Positions 37,983-45,671 of a stretch of DNA of 64,000 nucleotides are shown here, piece after piece. The position numbers and the translations under genes are program-made. The notes below the pieces were generated by a model that saw nothing but the letters and a program-made list of their open reading frames with translations, was not told the origin of the DNA and did not search any database. Within the stretch, counting starts at the first letter, position 1. Each line of letters begins with the position of its first letter. The stretch lies in the sequence record NC_070962.1; one strand, 5' to 3'.

Positions 37983-38108
37983 ACGGACTGGAATACATCC
38001 GTGCTCACATCTCCGAGAGAAAAAAGAATCGGAAAACCAACCCATGTGAGAGAGAAGTGGGATCCTTCTTGGTGCCCGTCAGTTCTATTCTGCAGGATAG
38101 AATTGACG
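37983..38108 (+). ncRNA. Candidate structured ncRNA between tRNA-Asn and tRNA-Thr
   Basis: Five stems found by eye, including a 14-bp terminal hairpin; no credible ORF. Confidence 0.5.
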
Positions 38109-38112
38109 TATT

Positions 38113-38185
38113 GCCTCCGTAGCTCAGCTGGTAGAGCAGGTCTTTTGTAAAGATCAGGTCGCAGGTTCAAGTCCTGTCAGAGGCT
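38113..38185 (+). tRNA. tRNA-Thr(UGU)
   Basis: Cloverleaf, anticodon TGT; one C-A mismatch in the acceptor stem. Confidence 0.92.
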
Positions 38186-38203
38186 TACTAAATCATTATA
38201 TCT

Positions 38204-38881
38204 ATGCCTATTGAAACTTGGTTTCCGACATCAATCTATTATGAAGATCTTCTTCCCGATGAAGAAGTTCGTAATGGTATGATATCTTATGTGGATTCTT
38301 TTTATGAAAAAAATAAACATAAGATAAACACATCAGATCATGTTGGCAATATGACTGGAGATGTTAATAATGATTTTTTAATTCATAATGATCCAAATTT
38401 TTATTGGTTGAATCAAAAGATAGCAAATGCTTGTAAAGTATATCTTGATTCTTTGGGTATTAATAGCAGTAATTTTTCTCTTTATGTTCAAAAATCTTGG
38501 CCAGTAATTTGTTTAAGTGGTGGAGGAAGTGTCTCGCAACATAAACATAAAAATTCTATTTTAAGTGCTGTATTTTATTTGCAATCTGAAAATAATGGGA
38601 CAGGTAAGATAGTCTTTTATACTCCAAACAATATCTTAGACTGTATAGTACCAAAAAGTTCAACTGCCAATAATCTTAGTTTTGAAAGTTGTTCTTATTC
38701 ACCAGTAGAAAATCGATTATTAGTTTTCCCATCAAATCTTGAGCACAGTGTTGAAAATTACAAATCAACATATAATCGATATTCATTATCTTATGATATA
38801 ATGTTAACAGCAAATGAAGATTTTGAAGAAGACATTGAATCTCTTATTGTAAATCCATCTCTTTGGAAAAAAATAACTTGA
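38204..38881 (+). CDS. 2OG-Fe(II) oxygenase-like (TIGR02466-like, HxH type)
   Basis: IETWFPTSIY, HKHKNSILSAVFY, VFPSNLEHSV, RYSLSYD. Confidence 0.8.
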   Translation: MPIETWFPTSIYYEDLLPDEEVRNGMISYVDSFYEKNKHKINTSDHVGNMTGDVNNDFLIHNDPNFYWLNQKIANACKVYLDSLGINSSNFSLYVQKSWPVICLSGGGSVSQHKHKNSILSAVFYLQSENNGTGKIVFYTPNNILDCIVPKSSTANNLSFESCSYSPVENRLLVFPSNLEHSVENYKSTYNRYSLSYDIMLTANEDFEEDIESLIVNPSLWKKIT

Positions 38882-38906
38882 CAATTATTTTTAAATGTAA
38901 TATAAT
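38878..38906 (+). promoter_or_regulatory. Sigma70 promoter for tRNA-Gly
   Basis: TTGACA-N17-TATAAT. Confidence 0.8.
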
Positions 38907-38914
38907 TGTCTCAT

Positions 38915-38985
38915 GCGGGCATGGTGTAGAGGTAACATCTGAGCCTTCCAAGCTCCAGTCACGGGTTCGACTCCCGTTGCCCGCT
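38915..38985 (+). tRNA. tRNA-Gly(UCC)
   Basis: Cloverleaf, anticodon TCC, U73. Confidence 0.93.
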
Positions 38986-39045
38986 TCTTAATAAAGATTT
39001 TATAGTTACTTTTCCTAAATAGGAAATTGTTAATAAAATCTGATT

Positions 39046-39294
39046 ATGATATCCGTACAATGTAAACTTTGTAAGACTGAACTCACAAGCACATCAAAGG
39101 TGCAGTGTTGTGGTTGTTCAAATCAAATGATCTTACATGAAGATAAAATTACTGCACTTAATCTTGGTGACGTTTTGATAATAAAAAATAATAAAAGTAT
39201 TAACAATAACACCACTTTATCAAAGTCAGACCTAGAGTATCAGGAGAACCGTAGACGTAGAAAGGTTCGTAAACTTGATTTTGAGGTTAGATAG
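39046..39294 (+). CDS. Zn-ribbon-like hypothetical protein
   Basis: CKLC ... CCGCSN. Confidence 0.65.
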   Translation: MISVQCKLCKTELTSTSKVQCCGCSNQMILHEDKITALNLGDVLIIKNNKSINNNTTLSKSDLEYQENRRRRKVRKLDFEVR

Positions 39295-39527
39295 TGGTAA
39301 ATTCGATTTTCTACACAACTTATCTTGTCCTGTTAATTTTTCTTGCACTTGTTGCAATTGGTGGATACGAGTCTACAATGCGGTTAGTTCAATACGTTGA
39401 AATTCAAATCAGATATCTGTATGTTCAGATTCGGATGTGGTTTATGAGACGTAGACTTGAACGAGAACTGAGATCTTTCCACAAAAAATTCGGAGACACA
39501 AATGTCAGAGACAAAAACTTGCCCTAA
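39294..39527 (+). CDS. Membrane hypothetical protein
   Basis: N-terminal TM segment; start codon uncertain. Confidence 0.6.
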   Translation: MVNSIFYTTYLVLLIFLALVAIGGYESTMRLVQYVEIQIRYLYVQIRMWFMRRRLERELRSFHKKFGDTNVRDKNLP

Positions 39528-39729
39528 GTGCGGTGCTACTTGGGTCGATGGTCAACACTATTGGAGCGGCACTGGAGCATTAGGAAACGAAGATGATCTT
39601 GCGGGATTAGTGTGTAATAAGTTAGGAAATGATGACTGTATTAACCCAAAACGTGGTTCTGAAGAAGGAACTACCTGGGCAAAGAGACTTGACAGTCTAA
39701 ATAAAAAGCAAAACGAGTTGGATATGTAA
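39502..39729 (+). CDS. Cys-containing hypothetical protein
   Basis: CPKCGATW...DLAGLVCN...CIN. Confidence 0.65.
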   Translation: MSETKTCPKCGATWVDGQHYWSGTGALGNEDDLAGLVCNKLGNDDCINPKRGSEEGTTWAKRLDSLNKKQNELDM

Positions 39730-39893
39730 TGCCTAGAAGCAGAATGACTAAGATTGATATTGAGGCAAGAATATACAAACTAAAGAATGAAATCTATGAT
39801 GGGGTATATGATGGTGCTAGTGAAGAATGGTTAAACGGTGCCCACTACACTTTAAATAAAGTTCTAGACATTCTACAAGAATTCAGTAATTGA
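39729..39893 (+). CDS. Small hypothetical protein (54 aa)
   Basis: Hand-translated MPRSRMTKIDIEARIYKLK... Confidence 0.5.
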   Translation: MPRSRMTKIDIEARIYKLKNEIYDGVYDGASEEWLNGAHYTLNKVLDILQEFSN

Positions 39894-40069
39894 TGAATCC
39901 AGACGAGAAGAGAGAGTTTTACAAATCTCTTAGAGAAAGAATCTATCAACTTCGGATGGGTCATCTCTTTGAGGAACCTTGCCCACTCTATGAACCAGAG
40001 TGGGACGAAGATTTATGGGACTGCCGTCTCAGTTATGATCTAAACGATGATGATTTGACAGACGATTAA
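39893..40069 (+). CDS. Small hypothetical protein (58 aa)
   Basis: Hand-translated MNPDEKREFYKSLRERI... Confidence 0.5.
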   Translation: MNPDEKREFYKSLRERIYQLRMGHLFEEPCPLYEPEWDEDLWDCRLSYDLNDDDLTDD

Positions 40070-40083
40070 ATAAGTCTTATAAT
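40055..40083 (+). promoter_or_regulatory. Sigma70 promoter for tRNA-Pro
   Basis: TTGACA-N17-TATAAT. Confidence 0.8.
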
Positions 40084-40093
40084 TAGTATATTA

Positions 40094-40167
40094 CGGGATG
40101 TAGCTCAGTTTGGTAGAGCACTCGCTTTGGGAGCGAGTGGCCGTAGGTTCAAATCCTATCATCCCGA
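40094..40167 (+). tRNA. tRNA-Pro(UGG)
   Basis: Cloverleaf, C1-G72, anticodon TGG. Confidence 0.95.
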
Positions 40168-40202
40168 TTGCCGTAAGGCACAAACAATACTTATTGATAA
40201 GA

Positions 40203-40787
40203 ATGGAACCGTCTAATACACATATTATTGCTCAAGATCCCTTTGTTTTTTATGAGCAAATTATTCCTGAAAAATTAATAGATTTGATGGTAGAAGAATT
40301 GGCTCGATACGATAGATCATACGTTGAGGGACAGATTGGTGATCGTACCAATGGTGCTACTTTTGAAAATAAGAGAAGTTCAAAAGTTTCCTGGATGTAT
40401 GAAGATGATTGGGTTTGTTCAATTTTTGCACACTACTTCCATATTGCTAATAAAGAGCAGTGGGAATATGAATTGAATGGACTAGATGGAATCCAGATCA
40501 CTCGTTATGATGTAAACGATCATTATACTTGGCATTCTGATTATGGAACTGCAGAGGATGAAAGATACACTCGTAAGTTGAGTGCTACTATTTTAGTTAC
40601 TGATCCATCTGAGTATGAAGGTGGTGACTTGGAATTCATTGACTATCATAATAATTTGGTAGTTGCTCCTCGTCAAAAGGGAACAATGGTTGTATTTGAT
40701 TCAAGAGTTCCTCATAGAGTTACACCTGTAACTAAAGGTCAGAGAATTTCATTAGTCACGTGGATGCTTGGTCCTAAACTACGATAA
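40203..40787 (+). CDS. 2OG-Fe(II) oxygenase (PKHD/prolyl hydroxylase-like)
   Basis: WHSD, RKLSATI, YEGGDL, FDSRVPHRVTPVTKGQRISLVTW; start reset to the ATG at 40203. Confidence 0.85.
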   Translation: MEPSNTHIIAQDPFVFYEQIIPEKLIDLMVEELARYDRSYVEGQIGDRTNGATFENKRSSKVSWMYEDDWVCSIFAHYFHIANKEQWEYELNGLDGIQITRYDVNDHYTWHSDYGTAEDERYTRKLSATILVTDPSEYEGGDLEFIDYHNNLVVAPRQKGTMVVFDSRVPHRVTPVTKGQRISLVTWMLGPKLR

Positions 40788-40788
40788 G

Positions 40789-41928
40789 ATGGTTAGGTAT
40801 ATTTCGTTTAGTCCTTACTTTTCTGGACTTGTGAACATTATCATGTCATATGAAATGTTCTTAGCAATAGCAGCAATTACTAAGAGGAAGGTTATTCTTC
40901 CTCCAGATTGTTGGATGCTTTTTTTGTCCAAGAGTCAAAGTAAAAAAGATTGGATTGACTTTTGGAAGATTTTTGATAAGGAAGTTCTTCTAGAAGAATT
41001 TGATTGTATTGAACATAGGGATGTTCCTGAGTTTACGGGAAAATTTAGTAAGATGCAAGGTAAAAAATCTTATACAAGAGGTATTGGTAATTGTGATCTA
41101 GATCTTTCAGAAATAAATTTTGATTCTCATACCTGTTCTGATAGTCATACTGTATTTGTTGATAGGTCTATAGAAAGTCAAGACTTTAAAGACTTCTGTA
41201 ATGGAAGATCAGTAATGGAACTTGATTGTGATGAGCAGTTTCTGCACTTTGAAAATAATCTTTTTGGACATTATTGGTATCATGTTTACCCTGGTGGTGA
41301 AATGCTAAGAAACAAATTAAAAGATAAGATTAATAGAGTCCTTAAGTATCATGATAAATTTTATTTTTATGCAGATGCTGTTCGTCGAGATCTTGGACCA
41401 TTCAATGCGGTTCATGTAAGGAGAAATGATTTTTTGGAAGCACGTGAGGAAGAACTTGAGTGCGTAAATGCTCCAGAAAAAATCTTGGAAATGTTTGATA
41501 AACTTCCTTTTTATGATAAGACTCTTCCAATATACATTGCAACAGATGAGCAAGATAGATCATTCTTTGATCTCTTAGGTGAGAAATATGATATTTATTT
41601 TTATGAGGATTTTGATTATGAGTTTGGTGAAGACTTTTTAGATGATGATCTTCATATTGCTGTTTTAGAGCAAGTGATTTGTTCTCAGTCTGAAAATTTC
41701 TTTGGAACTTATCTATCAACATTCTCAAAGAGAATTAATATTATGCGTGGACTTGAAGGAAGACAAGCAGATGATCATTTGGGAATAAATCATTTGCCAG
41801 AAGTTCCTGATGAAAATCTTGATGATGTTTTTCCTTGGAGAAAGATGAGTGATGATAGGTGGCAATGGAATTCATCATCTCATTTGCAATGGATGCACGA
41901 AGAAAATGGTAAGTTGGTAATTCCATGA
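40789..41928 (+). CDS. O-fucosyltransferase-like GT-B protein (POFUT/GT68-type motifs)
   Basis: AVHVRRNDF, IYIATDE, EQVICSQS..FFGT..STFS. Confidence 0.7.
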   Translation: MVRYISFSPYFSGLVNIIMSYEMFLAIAAITKRKVILPPDCWMLFLSKSQSKKDWIDFWKIFDKEVLLEEFDCIEHRDVPEFTGKFSKMQGKKSYTRGIGNCDLDLSEINFDSHTCSDSHTVFVDRSIESQDFKDFCNGRSVMELDCDEQFLHFENNLFGHYWYHVYPGGEMLRNKLKDKINRVLKYHDKFYFYADAVRRDLGPFNAVHVRRNDFLEAREEELECVNAPEKILEMFDKLPFYDKTLPIYIATDEQDRSFFDLLGEKYDIYFYEDFDYEFGEDFLDDDLHIAVLEQVICSQSENFFGTYLSTFSKRINIMRGLEGRQADDHLGINHLPEVPDENLDDVFPWRKMSDDRWQWNSSSHLQWMHEENGKLVIP

Positions 41929-42620
41929 GAGATGTTCTTCAACCAATATTCAATGATGTTCCTTTCAAGAAAGTAAAGGTTCCTGATAATCTTTATTCAT
42001 TCATGATGGATGAATACAAGACTCTAGTCTTTGATATTAAAGATCAAGAGATTACTTATGATAGAAATTATAAAACTTATACGAGTGGTGGAATTTCAAT
42101 CAAAGGTTCTCGAACACCTTTCTGTATGAAGACTGAGATATCTCAGGAACTTTATAATATGTGTTATGAGGAGATCACTCCTTTGATTGAAGACTGGTCT
42201 GGTCAAGAACTTGAAATGACTTGGGCATATGGAATTAGAAACTACGTTCGGGACTCCATATTACATCTCCACAGAGACCGAATTGAAACTCATATAATTA
42301 GTTGCATAATTTATGTTGACCAACAATCTGAAGAGAATTGGGCATTAGATTTTTTTGATCACGAACATAATCACCATAAAGTTCTTTTTGAACCTGGTGA
42401 GATGCTCTTCTACGAAAGTCTATGTTTGCATGGAAGAATTGATCCTTTCCAAGGAGACTATTACAGAAATATGTACTTCCACTGGAAGCCAGTTGATTGG
42501 TGGTATGATGACTTATACGATCTCAGGACAGACTTTAGAGATGCAACAGAATTCAGAAATTATTACGGGCAAGAATATCTCCACAACAGAGAAGACAGAA
42601 TCATCCCAAGAACTCTATGA
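41925..42620 (+). CDS. 2OG-Fe(II) oxygenase-like
   Basis: GIRNY, LHRD, HIISCIIYV, FYESLCLHGR. Confidence 0.65.
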   Translation: MRDVLQPIFNDVPFKKVKVPDNLYSFMMDEYKTLVFDIKDQEITYDRNYKTYTSGGISIKGSRTPFCMKTEISQELYNMCYEEITPLIEDWSGQELEMTWAYGIRNYVRDSILHLHRDRIETHIISCIIYVDQQSEENWALDFFDHEHNHHKVLFEPGEMLFYESLCLHGRIDPFQGDYYRNMYFHWKPVDWWYDDLYDLRTDFRDATEFRNYYGQEYLHNREDRIIPRTL

Positions 42621-42678
42621 ACCACCTGACGAACTGGCACAGTCAGAAGACGATGAAGAGTACATTCGGTGGTATACT
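42619..42678 (+). promoter_or_regulatory. CCA-N7-AACTG box promoter upstream of tRNA(CAU)
   Basis: CCA at 42622, AACTGGCAC at 42632, TATACT at 42673. Confidence 0.5.
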
Positions 42679-42706
42679 AATCATGATCACGCATCGTGAT
42701 GCCACT

Positions 42707-42779
42707 GCTCCTTTAGCAATCTGGTGAATGCACCGAACTCATAATTCGGCTAAGGTGAGTTCGATCCTCACAAGGAGCA
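42707..42779 (+). tRNA. tRNA with CAU anticodon (probably Ile2, alternatively elongator Met)
   Basis: Cloverleaf GCTCCTT/AAGGAGC, CCGAA-CT-CAT-AA-TTCGG; has C4-G69 and C5-G68, and lacks the initiator C1:A72 and 3 G-C pairs. Confidence 0.85.
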
Positions 42780-42785
42780 TTGGGA

Positions 42786-42814
42786 TTGACTTTCGATCCC
42801 AAATCTGATAAACT
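42786..42814 (+). promoter_or_regulatory. Sigma70-type promoter within a small hairpin
   Basis: TTGACT-N17-TAAACT; TGGGAT/ATCCCA stem. Confidence 0.55.
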
Positions 42815-42837
42815 ACTGGAGTAATCTACACAAGACA

Positions 42838-43053
42838 ATGACTATCACTGCTAAGTTCAAGAAGGACATCAATACCCTTCGTTCTGCTGCAAACGGTGAA
42901 ATTCTTCTAGACGTGAAGAATCCTAAACTTTTCAAAAAAGTGCGTCGTTATTATGAGAACAACGGTGTTGTGTTCTCTGGTGATCCTCTTGATGATTATG
43001 ATATTCTGATGGAATGGATTGCTAGTGATCTTGAAACTGTTGAGGTTGCTTGA
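42838..43053 (+). CDS. Conserved cyanophage hypothetical protein
   Basis: 71 aa; LDVKNPKLFKKVRRYYE. Confidence 0.7.
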   Translation: MTITAKFKKDINTLRSAANGEILLDVKNPKLFKKVRRYYENNGVVFSGDPLDDYDILMEWIASDLETVEVA

Positions 43054-43286
43054 TGAAAGTTCTTTTAGAACGTTTCCCATATCGTTATGTTGAATGTGGA
43101 ACCCTAGAAAATGGGTTTCCAGATTACCGCATTCAAAAAGCACATCATTATACTAAGAGGTACAGTGACATGTATCTCCTTGATAATCAGATGCAACTAT
43201 TGACTGCGATTGATGACTTTGAATACACTAAATGGTTAGATCCAGAACGTGTTCCTTGTTATATCAAAGACTCGGTAAGTCGTTAA
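43053..43286 (+). CDS. Conserved cyanophage hypothetical protein
   Basis: MKVLLERFPYRYVECG...DYRIQK. Confidence 0.7.
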   Translation: MKVLLERFPYRYVECGTLENGFPDYRIQKAHHYTKRYSDMYLLDNQMQLLTAIDDFEYTKWLDPERVPCYIKDSVSR

Positions 43287-43321
43287 ACTAGCCCTGGTCG
43301 GAGTGTTATTTCAAATCAAAT

Positions 43322-44872
43322 ATGTTTAATCTTGGTATTCATGGATCTCATAATTCAACCTTAGTCTTGTCTTTTCAGGATGAAGTTTTGGAAGCAGTAG
43401 AAGTTGAGAGACTTATCTCTCATAAAAATGCTGCTTTATATTATTATGAGAATCCACTTCATGCTGTTAACATCGTGAGGGAAATTAATGAATACTTTAA
43501 GAAGAAATATAATTTTGAAAAATATGATGTAATTGTAATTAACTCTATGCCTGAGGATAAATTTCCTTGGGATGACGTTTTTGAATATGAAGAACTAGAG
43601 TATTGTGATCATCATGTTGCTCATGCATGTTGTGGATTTTATCAGTCACCATTTCAAGAAGCACTTGTTGTTTCTTTTGATGGTGGTTCTGATGAAGGAT
43701 TTTTTAATGCATATACGATTAAAAGGGGTGAAGATCCAGTAAAAATTTATTCTGGAGAAAAAGACTACGCAGTATCGTATATGTCTGCGGGTCATTTTAT
43801 ACGTGCTATTAAAACTGAGCAAGATATTTACAAGGGTAATCTAGTTTATCCTGGTAAATTGATGGGATATGTTGGGTATGGTGAATACAATGAGAAGTAT
43901 GCTAGGAAACTGACTGAATTTTATAAGTCTAATACCTATGATGATGTTCCAGATGCTGTCTGCAGATTCGTAAAAGAATTTAATTTTGTAGATTGGCAAG
44001 AATATTTTACTAACAGGGATGGTAAGGACATTGCTACTACAAATCAAATTGTTTTTGAGCAATTATTCCAAGAAGAAATTCAACCATTATTAGATAAGTA
44101 TCCTAATCTACCTCTAGTTCTTTCTGGTGGATGTGCATTGAATATTATTAATAATACAAAACTTGCGAGAGATCGTGAGTTGTTTGTACCACCAAATCCA
44201 AGTGATGTTGGAATTGCTTTAGGTTGTCTTCTTTATATCATTAGACCAAATCATCAAGTTGATACTACTTATATTGGTTCTCCAGTATGGGATCGTATGG
44301 ATCTTAGTAGACATTTGGTTGAGAATGTACAATCAAGAGAAACTACACCAAAAGAAGTTGCCGAAATTATTCTTTCGGGTGGAATCGTTGGTGTTGTTCG
44401 TGGGGGATCTGAGCATGGTCCTAGAGCACTTGGGAATAGAAGTCTTCTATGTGATGCAACTAATCCCAATATGAAAGATATTATGAATCTTGATGTGAAG
44501 CATAGAGAACCTTGGAGACCCTTTTCTCCAATCGTAAGACTTGAAGATGTGAGCAAGTATTTTGATTGGAGAAAGGAGTCTAGGCATATGACATTTTCTC
44601 CAGAGGTTAGACCTGAGTATCGTGAACTTTTATCATCTGTTACCCACATAGATGGAACTGCGAGAGTTCAAACAGTTACTCTAGAACAAAACGAATTTAT
44701 CTACCAGATTTTATGTCAGCTAGATAGTATGTCTGGTCATGGAGTTCTACTTAATACTTCTTTCAACGTGGCAGGTAAACCAATCTTGAACACATATAAG
44801 GAGGCATTTGAAGTCCTTGCCAAGAAACCCATATCTGGGTTGGTTCTAGAAAATTACTATTTTCCAAAATGA
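43322..44872 (+). CDS. O-carbamoyltransferase (NodU/CmcH/TobZ family)
   Basis: EVER, HHVAHA, DGG, SGGCALN, GPRALGNRS, REPWRPFSP, HIDGTARVQTV, LNTSFN. Confidence 0.9.
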   Translation: MFNLGIHGSHNSTLVLSFQDEVLEAVEVERLISHKNAALYYYENPLHAVNIVREINEYFKKKYNFEKYDVIVINSMPEDKFPWDDVFEYEELEYCDHHVAHACCGFYQSPFQEALVVSFDGGSDEGFFNAYTIKRGEDPVKIYSGEKDYAVSYMSAGHFIRAIKTEQDIYKGNLVYPGKLMGYVGYGEYNEKYARKLTEFYKSNTYDDVPDAVCRFVKEFNFVDWQEYFTNRDGKDIATTNQIVFEQLFQEEIQPLLDKYPNLPLVLSGGCALNIINNTKLARDRELFVPPNPSDVGIALGCLLYIIRPNHQVDTTYIGSPVWDRMDLSRHLVENVQSRETTPKEVAEIILSGGIVGVVRGGSEHGPRALGNRSLLCDATNPNMKDIMNLDVKHREPWRPFSPIVRLEDVSKYFDWRKESRHMTFSPEVRPEYRELLSSVTHIDGTARVQTVTLEQNEFIYQILCQLDSMSGHGVLLNTSFNVAGKPILNTYKEAFEVLAKKPISGLVLENYYFPK

Positions 44873-45216
44873 CTCACGTACAAAAACCATGGGGTTGGTA
44901 CAAAGATCTTGAAAGACATCATAATATGGTGATCAAAAAGATTTATGTTAAACCTTTTCAAAAAATCTCTCTACAAAAACATGCTCATAGAGATGAATTT
45001 TGGTATGTTCTTTCTGGTATTGGAAGTGTGCAAATTGGTAACGAACATCGATTAGCACATCAAGGAGAAACCTTTAGTATCGGTAGAGGTGAAATTCATA
45101 GGATTACCGCACATGCTGATGGTGTTACTTTCTTGGAAGTTCAGGAAGGTGAATGTAACGAAGATGATATTATCCGTTTAGAGGATGATTACAATAGAGT
45201 CACGGATGGACTGTAA
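44869..45216 (+). CDS. Mannose-6-phosphate isomerase type II C-terminal cupin
   Basis: KPWG, ISLQKHAHRDEFW, H, FLEVQEG...EDDIIRLEDDY. Confidence 0.8.
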   Translation: MTHVQKPWGWYKDLERHHNMVIKKIYVKPFQKISLQKHAHRDEFWYVLSGIGSVQIGNEHRLAHQGETFSIGRGEIHRITAHADGVTFLEVQEGECNEDDIIRLEDDYNRVTDGL

Positions 45217-45217
45217 C

Positions 45218-45290
45218 AGTACTGGTGGAGTCAATTGACCCTATTAGGTTTCTTGTTTCCTCAAAAAACAAGTGGCGAGCCTGCAAGACC
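45218..45290 (+). ncRNA. manA-RNA-like structured element (3' portion)
   Basis: CTTGTTT/AAACAAG hairpin inside an AGGTTT/GAGCCT stem, plus a GTCAATTGAC palindrome. Resemblance to the cyanophage manA motif is from memory only. Confidence 0.4.
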
Positions 45291-45292
45291 CA

Positions 45293-45315
45293 GAGGGAAT
45301 CTTTCCCTCTTTTTT
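45293..45315 (+). terminator. Rho-independent terminator
   Basis: GAGGGAA/TTCCCTC stem plus T6. Confidence 0.75.
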
Positions 45316-45350
45316 ATTCTAAATATTACATGACGTTCAATTAATCAATT

Positions 45351-45665
45351 ATGGCAACGAGAGGAACCGCAGCAAAGTCTGCAAGTGGTGCATCTATGTC
45401 AAAGTATGACGTAGAAGTTGAAGCAAGACTTCAAAAACTTGAAGCAGGAGCACATCAACATGCTGATGATGCTGTAGCAAAGGTTGAAGAAAGACTATCT
45501 GCTTTGGAAGCAAAAGCACACACACCTTGCGGTGGTGGTGGTAAAGGTGCTAAAGTAGATGCAGCAGCACTTCCAGCACTAGCACCTAGAAAGACGACTC
45601 CTCCACAAGGAAGAATCGACGCACTAGAAGCAAGAATTGAGGCACTGATTGCACAACTTTCCTGA
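45351..45665 (+). CDS. Hypothetical coiled-coil protein
   Basis: 104 aa; repeated EARL/ERL heptads. Confidence 0.65.
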   Translation: MATRGTAAKSASGASMSKYDVEVEARLQKLEAGAHQHADDAVAKVEERLSALEAKAHTPCGGGGKGAKVDAAALPALAPRKTTPPQGRIDALEARIEALIAQLS

Positions 45666-45671
45666 TGACTT

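Noticed and set aside
37868-38170. ORFs 37868-38170 (-) and 37922-38122 (+)
   Set aside because: They run through tRNA-Asn, tRNA-Thr and the structured spacer; they are translated RNA genes.
40110-40202. N-terminal extension of the 40110 ORF
   Set aside because: It begins inside tRNA-Pro; the real start is the ATG at 40203.
42355-42699. 114-aa alternate-frame ORF
   Set aside because: It mostly overlaps the 41925 oxygenase, and its tail is the promoter region of the CAU tRNA.
45329-45350. GACGTTCA resembling the start of a glutamine (glnA/downstream-peptide) riboswitch
   Set aside because: Only the first few bases match; there are no subsequent stems or room before the ATG.
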